NCBI GenBank assembly: GCA_963806325.1
Contig: CAWDXL010000002.1
Location: forward strand, 128,802-192,801
From: Candidatus Parcubacteria bacterium
GTDB lineage: Bacteria > Patescibacteriota > Minisyncoccia > Phycocordibacterales > JAKAEA01
Length of the DNA stretch: 64,000 nt
Reading direction: 5' to 3'
Part shown: positions 41,991 to 50,252 of the stretch, piece after piece
Layout: each line of letters begins with the position of its first letter
Numbering within the stretch: the stretch's first letter is position 1
Translations under genes and position numbers: made by a program
Notes under the pieces: generated by a model
The model's database searches: none
Told to the model about the DNA's origin: nothing
What the model saw: the letters and a program-made list of their open reading frames with translations, nothing else

Positions 41991-42767
41991 ATGCTTGTAA
42001 AAGACCTTATAGAATTTGGACTTAATGAAAAAGAAGCAAAGGCTTATCTTGCTCTGCTCGAGCTTGAAGTGGCGGGCGTGCAGGAGATTTCTAAAGCAGC
42101 CGGTATCAATAGAAGCTCGGCGTATATTACCCTTGAGGCACTCAAGGAGCGTGGACTCGTCAGTATTTCTGATGACAAAAAAGTGCGAAGATATGTAGCT
42201 ACGTCTCCCGATGCAATTCTTAGAACTGCAGAAGATATGGTCGCCAAGCAAGAACGTATTCAGAAAAAAATATCAGCGATGATTCCGGAGATGAAAGCTT
42301 TATATAAGGGAGTGAAAAAGAAACCAATAATACAAGTGTATGAGGGTAAACAAGGACTTATAAATTGTTTTGAAGAAACTCTTAAAAACAAAGAAAAATT
42401 GATGAGAGTGTGGTCTGCTCCAGCAAATTTAGGAAGGATTATTTATGAATATTTGCCTGGGTATATTAGCAAAAGACTTGGTCTGGGAATAAAAATGATC
42501 GGTATCCACCCAGATAATGGAATACATAAGAAAATGGCACATGATATTAGTCAGGCTCCTGATGAAAACTTACTCATACCATCGGATAAATACAATTTTA
42601 CTGCCGACCTGGCAATCTATGATGATAAAATTAGCTACATGTCTAGTGAGAACGATGGGCTAGCTGTTATTATTGAAAGCAAAGAAATATCTGAGGTTAT
42701 GAAAAGCATTTTTGATCTTGCGTGGGAGGAGGCGAAAAGGTTGAGCAAGGGTGAGAAGAAATCATGA
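41991..42767 (+). CDS. TrmB-family transcriptional regulator
   Basis: N-terminal wHTH 'FGLNEKEAKAYLALLELEVAGVQEISKAAGINRSSAYITLEALKERGLV', plus a C-terminal effector-domain-like region. Confidence 0.75.
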   Translation: MLVKDLIEFGLNEKEAKAYLALLELEVAGVQEISKAAGINRSSAYITLEALKERGLVSISDDKKVRRYVATSPDAILRTAEDMVAKQERIQKKISAMIPEMKALYKGVKKKPIIQVYEGKQGLINCFEETLKNKEKLMRVWSAPANLGRIIYEYLPGYISKRLGLGIKMIGIHPDNGIHKKMAHDISQAPDENLLIPSDKYNFTADLAIYDDKISYMSSENDGLAVIIESKEISEVMKSIFDLAWEEAKRLSKGEKKS

Positions 42768-42903
42768 GGCTTAATATATCAATAATTGATTCTCGGTTTT
42801 TTATTTCTCGAGTAAGCTTTTGTGCATAATCTTTCTTAAAAATTCCTCGAATTCCTAGGCGTGCTTTTTATGAAGAGATGTATGAGAATTCATGTGCATA
42901 GCT

Positions 42904-43752
42904 TTATAATGCAGATATAAATCTTAGAAAATTTCGACTCTCAGTTTCGGGTAGTAGACTGCCTAGCTTTGTATTTGGAGTATATGTAGCACCATGCCAA
43001 TCACTTCCACCAGTTATGACTAAATTATATTTTTTTGCAAGCTTTTCTAGAGTATTTATCTGCTCTGGAGTATGTGAAGGATAATATACTTCAATACCCT
43101 GTAGTCCGCACAACACAAGTTCACTAATGAAGTTTTCATAATTTTCTTCGATCCAAGCCTCTCATAAATTCTGCCCGAATGTGCAATGACCACAATCCCG
43201 CCGTTTTTCTTTATGAGATCTATAACAGTCTTTGGATTAAACATCCACGAATCGTCTTCCTCAACAAATACATATTGTTTAAGGGCATCTTTGATTGTGA
43301 TTTTTTGTTTTAAAAAAAGACATACTAAGCGTGCAAGTGTGTTTCTTGTAATATATTGTTCGTGATGTTTATTATATATATTCTTCAAAATTTAGGTTTA
43401 TTCCCGGTAGCTCTCTGTTTATTTTTTCGATAATTTTTTTAGCTCGGATATTATATCCATCAATGACCGGTTTCAAGGCACTATTTATCTCGAGATTAAA
43501 TTTCTTAGAATATCCGAGCATGTGTATTGATATATTCCTTTTTTTATCGATACATGAAATTTCTATACCATCTACAAAGTATACATTGATCGCTTTTGCA
43601 TCGCGCTTGATATCCTGTACTTTAGGACTAATATAATTATGATCTACGACTGAAAAAAGTGATATACCACTTTCTTTGATTTTAGAAAGTACATATTTAG
43701 GGGAATGCTCTCCGTCTGAATAGTATGAGTGAATGTGAAGATCTGTTTTCAT
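42904..43752 (-). pseudogene. PHP-domain phosphoesterase split across three reading frames
   Basis: 43372..43752 carries 'DLHIHSYYSDG'. 43056..43388 carries 'GGIVVIAHSGR'. 42904..43116 carries 'GIEVYYPSH...ITGGSDWHG'. All three are collinear with one PHP protein. Confidence 0.6.
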
Positions 43753-43779
43753 ATTTTAATTATTATAACAAATAAAATA

Positions 43780-43803
43780 TCCGCTGATAGGTTTCTCAGC
43801 GGA
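43780..43803 (-). terminator. rho-independent terminator after nucleotidyltransferase gene
   Basis: tccgctga-taggtttc-tcagcgga. On the minus strand the stem is followed by ATTTTATTTGTT. Confidence 0.5.
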
Positions 43804-43811
43804 CAATATTT

Positions 43812-44582
43812 TTAGTAGGTCAGAGACTTGCATATTTCCTCATAGGAACCTTTGAATTCATCTCCTTTAAGAACTAAATTTACAACATTTTCATACCACG
43901 TCATTAAGCTTAGTGCCTTCTGAAAATTTAAACCTTTCTTACAAGATAAAAGAAATGGTTCGGCCGGGAGTGAATTAACGCCATATACATTATCAAACAA
44001 TTTCTGCGCCAGTCTAATGTTAGATGGTGAACAGTAATAATTCTTGCGAAGTAAACACGAATTATAAGTTAGGGCATTTCCGATGCCATGTAAGAGTTTG
44101 CTCACATAGATTCTCCCAGATTCTCCTTCAAGTGATCTGATAAGCTGTCTTCTGCATATTGTCCTATTGTCGTACAAAACATACCCAGCCAGATCTTTGA
44201 AATCAAATTTTGTCTGATCATCAGTGGTTGATCTTAGATAAAAATTTCCTTTTAGAGAATTGCCGAACACCAGCGATGGGTTGTAACGTGGATACCATAG
44301 AGGTGACCCAATATCTTCAACCTCATCCTGAGTATGAGGCACAAGATCAATGTCACATTTCCATTTTGAAACCAGCATTTCCCGATGTTTTTTTAATGAA
44401 ATGTACACTGACCTATCAACAATCCCAGAACTACTTGGAACAATAATTGCGATATCAACATCAACTGATGTCTCATCATAGTACCAAGAGCCATACGCCA
44501 ATGCTGAAATTACCTCATCGACATTCCTTAGATAGTCAGCAATCCCAACCCAATAAGTACGTCCTCTTTTTTCACAAGTCAA
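43812..44582 (-). CDS. nucleotidyltransferase-fold protein (Pol-beta-like NTase superfamily)
   Basis: 'ALAYGSWYYDETSVDVDIAIIV' gives the G[GS]...DxD signature. The start codon appears to be TTG. Confidence 0.5.
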   Translation of the reverse strand: MTCEKRGRTYWVGIADYLRNVDEVISALAYGSWYYDETSVDVDIAIIVPSSSGIVDRSVYISLKKHREMLVSKWKCDIDLVPHTQDEVEDIGSPLWYPRYNPSLVFGNSLKGNFYLRSTTDDQTKFDFKDLAGYVLYDNRTICRRQLIRSLEGESGRIYVSKLLHGIGNALTYNSCLLRKNYYCSPSNIRLAQKLFDNVYGVNSLPAEPFLLSCKKGLNFQKALSLMTWYENVVNLVLKGDEFKGSYEEICKSLTY

Positions 44583-44667
44583 ACCTTTCTGTAAAAATTT
44601 TACCTACAAGGTAAAATTTAAATGTATAGAACTTAAAAACTCTAAAATTAGAATAATCTTTGTATAA

Positions 44668-44690
44668 TTGTTGTCTATATATAACAACAA
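44668..44690. promoter_or_regulatory. palindromic operator site 3 (TTGTTGTC-tatatat-AACAACAA)
   Basis: Minus-strand TTGACA-N17-TTATTT lies upstream. The site is ~86 nt before the start at 44582. Confidence 0.55.
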
Positions 44691-44857
44691 AAATAAAATA
44701 TTATCATTATATATGTCAAAAGTTGTTTAAATGTTTAAACAGTAAATTTCGCTGCGACATAAGGTAGTTCCACTAAGTTGTTGATCAGTATCAACATTCA
44801 TTTTTAGAATGTACTCTAATTCAAAATAAGTCGTTCTTAGGATCAAACAAAACACAG

Positions 44858-45325
44858 TTACCTCTTATACATCTCCTCTAAAATAAAGAATACGAGCTGG
44901 CATGTGCTGCAGTGGTTGAGATTTTTGTCCGATAAAATAAAATTCCGCATCTTGGTGTCGTTTGAAAGTGCGAGGTACATTTTTCTTAGAAGCTCTTTAT
45001 CACACTGCTCGAGCTTATTGTACAAGCTTTCTGCTTCACTGAAAGCAAACTTGTGTTTGTATTTGCTGCACACTATTTTTTTAACTTTTTCCAGAAGATG
45101 TTCCCTTTCGATTGTTGCCAAAAGATAATTTCCCATCTCGCACGGAGTTATCCTTTCTCGCCAGTCAGCTTCCGGAAAACTTATTTCAAACTGGTCAAAA
45201 AGCTCAAGCAAATCTTTTTTACAGATGACTGATCTTGCTAAAACTATCTCAAGCCATCTAAATTCGAGTTCGGTGTAACCATTCCAGATATCTGTCAACT
45301 CCTGTATTTCAGTAGGCATATACAA
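44858..45325 (-). CDS. hypothetical protein
   Basis: 155-aa ORF immediately downstream of operator-like site 5. Confidence 0.4.
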   Translation of the reverse strand: MYMPTEIQELTDIWNGYTELEFRWLEIVLARSVICKKDLLELFDQFEISFPEADWRERITPCEMGNYLLATIEREHLLEKVKKIVCSKYKHKFAFSEAESLYNKLEQCDKELLRKMYLALSNDTKMRNFILSDKNLNHCSTCQLVFFILEEMYKR

Positions 45326-45346
45326 GGAAGCTTAGTATTCTGTTTT

Positions 45347-45369
45347 TTGTTGTCAAAGCACAACAGTAT
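45347..45369. promoter_or_regulatory. degenerate operator-like site 5 (TTGTTGTC-aaagcac-AACAGtat) plus conserved upstream module
   Basis: The left half is perfect. Roughly 120 bp of flanking sequence are shared with the module upstream of the rSAM gene (tgtcaaaagctgtt..., a(g/t)c(g/t)gtttatttttag). Confidence 0.4.
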
Positions 45370-45555
45370 TTATTATATTCCCGTGAAAATATGTCAAAAG
45401 CTGTTTAAGTGCCAAAACATCCAGTCTTGTGCAATATAGCTAAAAATCAGCGGTTTATTTTTAGTTTATAACAGCTAAATAAAGGAGTTTATTGATTTAA
45501 ATTTTATTTTGTTATGTTATACAAACACTCTCCATGAATATTCATTTTGCCAAGT

Positions 45556-45885
45556 CTATTCGATATCTCTCTTTTTGGTAAAAAATCCCTGCCGAAGGCG
45601 AAAAGCTATTCGTCTGTCGTGATGAACAATAGGCATACCAATCACTTGTTTGCATGTGGCGCATGTGAGCGGCGCAATATTTTTAGGATCTGTAGACCCT
45701 CTATCATATTGCAATTTCTCAAAATTTTCTGGTCCAAATATCCGATTAAGATAGCAACGCTTCAGTTTTCCATCACTATCTTTTTGATAATGAAGCAGTT
45801 CAGCACCACACAGACAAAAAAGCCTGATCATGAATGCTTTTCCGCCACGTATCTTGCGGTACTTGTCGTTTTTCATTTTCACCAT
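45556..45885 (-). CDS. small zinc-ribbon protein (CxxC...CxxC), function unknown
   Basis: 'FCLCGAELL ... LTCATCKQV'. It is the last gene of the rSAM-peptide-peptidase unit. Confidence 0.4.
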   Translation of the reverse strand: MVKMKNDKYRKIRGGKAFMIRLFCLCGAELLHYQKDSDGKLKRCYLNRIFGPENFEKLQYDRGSTDPKNIAPLTCATCKQVIGMPIVHHDRRIAFRLRQGFFTKKRDIE

Positions 45886-45945
45886 AAAACCAATATCTTA
45901 TAGAGGTAGGGTGTTGAAATTTAATCTTTCAATTTCTTAAATTAC

Positions 45946-46578
45946 TCAAATTAGCCTCTGTTTATTTATTTCTTCATAAGTGAGATTGAATCCGTATTCT
46001 TTTGTGAAAGATTCTTCAAACTTCTCTTTTGTTTTAATATTCTTTAAATTTTTAATAAAATTGAGCAACTTTTGCTTGCCAAATTTTTCAACGAGACCAT
46101 CAACAAAAAAACCTGCTTCGCTATATACCTCTTTTCCTCCAACTTCATAAAACTCAAGGAATTTACTAAATACTATCGGTTTTTTCTTGAATTTAATTTG
46201 ACCCGATGTATATATTGCAACACCCTCATTGAGCCATACAGGTGTATGGTTTCCGCCTGCAAGAATATTATAAAAAGAGTGGCTTAGTTCGTGCTTTATT
46301 AATGCAGAGTACTCATCTGGGTGGTACACATGATCACTCTCTTTTCCAAAATTATCCTTATTTAATATATATACTGTTTTCCCTTCTGACCAACCGACTA
46401 TCCATTTCTCAGTTTCCTCACCTTTCAAAAGATTGATAGTTTCACGATTATCAACAATAACGATTTTGGGAAGATGGTGTATCCAGTTAATTTCATAGAA
46501 AATATTTAAATCACTCATTGAATTCTTATATACACTTTCCAGAAAATCATCTTTTGTTAAATTTATTTTAAATATCAT
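45946..46578 (-). CDS. gluzincin-type (peptidase MA-like) zinc metallopeptidase
   Basis: 'IKHELSHSF' (HExxH) followed by 'WLNEGVAIY', which is M1-like HExxH...NEG geometry. Confidence 0.55.
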   Translation of the reverse strand: MIFKINLTKDDFLESVYKNSMSDLNIFYEINWIHHLPKIVIVDNRETINLLKGEETEKWIVGWSEGKTVYILNKDNFGKESDHVYHPDEYSALIKHELSHSFYNILAGGNHTPVWLNEGVAIYTSGQIKFKKKPIVFSKFLEFYEVGGKEVYSEAGFFVDGLVEKFGKQKLLNFIKNLKNIKTKEKFEESFTKEYGFNLTYEEINKQRLI

Positions 46579-46608
46579 GTTTGTAGTTAAATTGTAGCAT
46601 AAAATAAA

Positions 46609-46639
46609 AGGAGAGGTCGGGGTTTAATCCGCCTCTCCT
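46609..46639 (-). terminator. hairpin (attenuator/partial terminator) immediately after the Cys-rich peptide ORF
   Basis: aggagagg-N16-cctctcct, followed on the minus strand by TTTATTTTATG. Confidence 0.35.
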
Positions 46640-46645
46640 GTCGTT

Positions 46646-46777
46646 CTACTTATCACAGTCACTGGCGCAGTCACATGAGACACAGTCGTAGCAGGCACCG
46701 TTGTCACACGACAGACTTTGTGTGCCAGTCCGTACTTCCGTCTCCACAAGAGACACGAAACCATCTTCTTGCTGCAT
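46646..46777 (-). CDS. 43-aa Cys/Asp-rich putative RiPP precursor peptide (MQQEDGFVSLVETEVRTGTQSLSCDNGACYDCVSCDCASDCDK)
   Basis: Absent from the ORF track because it is under 60 aa. It has a strong RBS (GGAGGTG-N9-ATG). The core carries 6 Cys and 5 Asp in its C-terminal 20 aa. It lies 42 nt downstream of the rSAM/SPASM gene. Confidence 0.6.
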   Translation of the reverse strand: MQQEDGFVSLVETEVRTGTQSLSCDNGACYDCVSCDCASDCDK

Positions 46778-46819
46778 GATAATTATCACCTCCTTTCTAT
46801 TTGAATGTACTATTAATTT

Positions 46820-48133
46820 TTATATCAATGATACAGCATTGCGACGTGCAAGTCCCCACACAAACTCCTGTGGATCAAGTCCCCACCAGTCAATTGTTTT
46901 GGTAACAATGTTGTATGTGGTCTCAGATTTCAACTGACTTAATACAGCAAAACCGTTGTGATCCAAAAACACGTTATTATTACTAGAAACAAAGACCCCG
47001 CCAAAAGCTTCCCTTCTTAATCTAAAAATTGGCGTTTTAAAACAGCCGATTGAAACTTTCTGTGGATGTTTCTTTGAAAGTTTAATGGCCTCTATCATTT
47101 CTTCGACATGATCAAGTGCAGTTAGGGAGTCCAACCCATTAATTTTACCGGTACTAGTTTTTGCCTCCATCCGACAACCGGAACCGCACATGTTAAGCAT
47201 GTTGCAAGTCGAGCACTCGGTAGGGACATTGACTCTTTGGCTCCACGGATCCATTTTTGCCCAAATCGTACCAAGGTCTTCTTTTAGTAAATTCCCACAT
47301 GATGTGTCGAGATGAGGACAAGGCCTCACTGAACCATCGTATGAGATAGTGGCTGTAGTAACTCCCGCATTACATCTTCTCGACGTAAATAGTTCTGGGT
47401 GTTTGACGCCATACAAACCACAATACGGGATTGGCTCAAGACTATCCACATGAAGGCCGAGATTTTCGTGGATCCAACAAAGGTCGTTGAGAAACTGAAT
47501 TAATTGCGGTCGATTTACTTGTAGATGAGAGAAGTCTGAACAGTTTCCAGGACATCCGGCTTTAGTTGCCATGAAGTTATTGATTCCGAGCTTGGCAACA
47601 AATTTTGCTGTTTCTATCACTTGACCGTGATTAATTTGAGAAACAACCATATTCGCCGATACTCGAATTCCAGCATCCTGAGCATTTTTGATTCCTTCAA
47701 CCAATTTTCTAAAAGACCCCTGTCTTTGGGTAATGGAGTCGTGTATCTCAGGGGTGGGACCTAGAATCGAGGTTAGTGTATGATCAAGTCCTGCGCGCTT
47801 AAGACTTCTTGCTTTTTCTACAGTAAGTGGCACAAGATTTGAATTTAAACCAACCCCCATATTCATTGATCGAGCATACTCGATGCTCGAGAGAGTTGTT
47901 GTAAAATTAAGAAGAGGTTCCCCACCAGTTATGCTCACATTAAATACTTCAGCCTCACCAAGTTTTGCAAGTATGCTTAAGGCATCTTTTTCACTGAGTG
48001 AAACATTCTGTAAACAAGATGCTGTCTTCTCGTCTTTTTCCCTCCAAAAATTATAGCAATGAACGCATCTACTCGTACATTCTCCAGTGACTTCAATCTG
48101 GACATTAAGTGGCGATCTCAATCTCTTGTTCAT
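46820..48133 (-). CDS. radical SAM / SPASM-domain peptide-modifying enzyme
   Basis: CxxxCxxC 'TGECTSRCVHCYNF' and a C-terminal SPASM Cys cluster ('CNAGVTTATISYDGSVRPCPHL ... CSTCNMLNMCGSGC'). The start is ATG 48133 with an AGGAG RBS. Confidence 0.8.
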   Translation of the reverse strand: MNKRLRSPLNVQIEVTGECTSRCVHCYNFWREKDEKTASCLQNVSLSEKDALSILAKLGEAEVFNVSITGGEPLLNFTTTLSSIEYARSMNMGVGLNSNLVPLTVEKARSLKRAGLDHTLTSILGPTPEIHDSITQRQGSFRKLVEGIKNAQDAGIRVSANMVVSQINHGQVIETAKFVAKLGINNFMATKAGCPGNCSDFSHLQVNRPQLIQFLNDLCWIHENLGLHVDSLEPIPYCGLYGVKHPELFTSRRCNAGVTTATISYDGSVRPCPHLDTSCGNLLKEDLGTIWAKMDPWSQRVNVPTECSTCNMLNMCGSGCRMEAKTSTGKINGLDSLTALDHVEEMIEAIKLSKKHPQKVSIGCFKTPIFRLRREAFGGVFVSSNNNVFLDHNGFAVLSQLKSETTYNIVTKTIDWWGLDPQEFVWGLARRNAVSLI

Positions 48134-48206
48134 GAATGACTCCTGTGCTTTTGGCACATAAAACAATTGTCAAAAAACTCTATTTTTGATAGTAATACCA
48201 TTAAAA

Positions 48207-48229
48207 TTGTTGTCTATATCCAACAACAA
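48207..48229. promoter_or_regulatory. palindromic operator site 4 (TTGTTGTC-tatatcc-AACAACAA)
   Basis: Minus-strand TTGACA-N17-TTTTAT lies upstream. The site is ~75 nt before the rSAM ATG (48133). Confidence 0.55.
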
Positions 48230-48627
48230 TAAAATAACATCTTAACGTATGTGTCAAAACCTGTTGAAAGACTGAAACATATAACAGTATTTAATCTAGG
48301 GAAAATTTAGCTGTTTATTTTTACTTCATAACAACTATTTTTATGGCTGTACTGATTTCTGGGATAAGTTGTTATGAAAATCAAACAGATGTGATTTGAC
48401 AAAAAAATTAGCTGAGAATATTATATGGCACATATTATGCGAATATATTTCGACTGTCAGCAGCAGATACTAACGCCCCAGCAGATGCAACATCTGTCGC
48501 TTTTGTATAGCCGAAACATATTTAGCTAACCCTCAAACCTAAATATATCCCGGCTGCACAAAAGCCGGGACTTTTGTGCAGTATGCGTTCTTTCCAGTTC
48601 TTTGGTCTTATTGTGAAGGAGTTCCCT

Positions 48628-48861
48628 ATGTGGGGAATGGCACAAGTTGTAGCCGTTGATACTTTCTCTACTTTGGAGAAGCTCAAGTCTCATGATCTGC
48701 GTCAACTCGCCAGGAGTCTGGATCCTGAGCACAGATCTCTCGTTGCTCAACAAATGGATACACCTGATGATGTGTTAAGAGATCTATCTGTTGATGGGTC
48801 ATCGGAAAAAGTTCGTATGGCCGCAAAATCCACGCTGCAGAAGAAGTATCCTCACGGTTGA
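48628..48861 (+). CDS. small hypothetical protein (77 aa)
   Basis: GAAGGAG RBS 6 nt before the ATG at 48628. It overlaps the competing minus-strand ORF 48526..48753, which lacks an RBS. Confidence 0.4.
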   Translation: MWGMAQVVAVDTFSTLEKLKSHDLRQLARSLDPEHRSLVAQQMDTPDDVLRDLSVDGSSEKVRMAAKSTLQKKYPHG

Positions 48862-48947
48862 GGTGTTGTCCGTGCGGCAAACGGGCTCCTAAAAAGGGCG
48901 ACTATCGTCTAGTTGCCCTTTTTCTTTTATTATCTATCGATAATATT

Positions 48948-50129
48948 CTATAATCCGAAAATTTTCTTAAAATTATCAGCGACTTCTTTGCGGTGAGCCA
49001 CTTGCTCCGGAGTATTGTAATGCGGATTCAATATGCTATCCATAACGATAAGAGAGCGGTTTGATTCAAGCGGCTGTTTGTTTAAGATTCTGCGTACACA
49101 GTATGCAACAGCGGCACCATTGACGAGTGCTGCACCGCCAAGCTGCGGCCACGAAACAATCGTTTTCCCCATTTCCATGAGCGATTGCTGCATGCGCTCA
49201 GTGACATTTTCTGGTCCGACATGCTGAGTAATTGTTTTGCCGATGCCAAATTTATCAAGCTTGCTCAATGATTCATAGGTCACCCCAGGAAGCCTGCCTT
49301 GGAAAAATGGGGTGTTTCGATCGAGATCGTATCGTTCAACATCAACGACCGCATTGTCACCGTTGTCTGCAGCCATGACAATTGGCACACGGTGTTTCTT
49401 GGCATTTTCGCGAATGAGAAATTTTACGGCAAGATTGTCGAGTTCATCAATCATGACATCAAGCCCTTTGACAAAGGTATCAACATTGTCAGGCTGAATA
49501 CCGTCAGGAAATGTTTCCACAACGGCGTAAGGATTGATTTCATAAATAAATCGGGCAGCCATATTCACTTTAAGCACTCCGAGATTGTCGACGCCGGAAA
49601 GAATCCTATTTGTATTTGAAAGCGCGAGGCGATCCATGTCGGCGAGCTTCATGTGCTTTGCTCCGCCTTGAAGCGCAAGAGCAAACGCTACACTCGATCC
49701 GACACTCAGTCCACCAATGCCAACGGTGGCGTTATAAAATTTGTCCTGCTCTTCCTGATTGATAAGGTTTCTGTTGCGGGCTGTGCGCACCATCTGAAAA
49801 TCAGCTTCCGGCAAAACATGAGTCAATTTTGAAATCCACGGGAAAAATACCCACAAGCCATGCTGCCAGAGAGGCTGGATTTTCTGCAAATTTTCATAAA
49901 ATGCTTTAAATTCCTGCCTGTACGTCGGGGTATATACTTTTGTCGGATTTTTGACGCCAAAAAGCTCAAGCTGCTCTTCTTCATAATCGTCAACAATGTG
50001 CTGAATGCTGCCATTATCAAAAAGCTTACTTACCGCAGCCCTGTCTTTCTCGTCTGAGAGATTAAAAAGAACAGGCTTTGATGAAATGTCTCTATTTGCT
50101 TCCTGCGTCAATTTTTTGGCAAGGTCCAT
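48948..50129 (-). CDS. ThiF/MoeB-family E1-like adenylyltransferase with ~120-aa N-terminal extension
   Basis: Rossmann motif 'NATVGIGGLSVGSSVAFALALQGG' and 'DVMIDELDNLAVKFLIRENAKKHRVPIVMAADNG'. Confidence 0.65.
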   Translation of the reverse strand: MDLAKKLTQEANRDISSKPVLFNLSDEKDRAAVSKLFDNGSIQHIVDDYEEEQLELFGVKNPTKVYTPTYRQEFKAFYENLQKIQPLWQHGLWVFFPWISKLTHVLPEADFQMVRTARNRNLINQEEQDKFYNATVGIGGLSVGSSVAFALALQGGAKHMKLADMDRLALSNTNRILSGVDNLGVLKVNMAARFIYEINPYAVVETFPDGIQPDNVDTFVKGLDVMIDELDNLAVKFLIRENAKKHRVPIVMAADNGDNAVVDVERYDLDRNTPFFQGRLPGVTYESLSKLDKFGIGKTITQHVGPENVTERMQQSLMEMGKTIVSWPQLGGAALVNGAAVAYCVRRILNKQPLESNRSLIVMDSILNPHYNTPEQVAHRKEVADNFKKIFGL

Positions 50130-50252
50130 AGCGTTATCAAATTAAATATATAGATCAGTATATCAAACAACCGCCTGTAGTATCTCGTTGACTTATATAG
50201 AAATAAATGTTATACTCCGCGGCAGATTTCTCATGTAGTTTTCATTCCCTTT

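Noticed and set aside
36306-48229. Palindromes interpreted as integron attC sites or a CRISPR array
   Set aside because: The repeats are perfect 8-bp palindromes with an AT spacer, not attC-like imperfect R/L boxes. They sit at the 5' ends of genes with -35/-10 boxes. No intI is present. Spacing is gene-length, so this is not a CRISPR array.
48526-48753. 75-aa minus-strand ORF
   Set aside because: It competes with the plus-strand ORF 48628..48861, which has a canonical GAAGGAG RBS. The minus ORF has none and runs through the hairpin.
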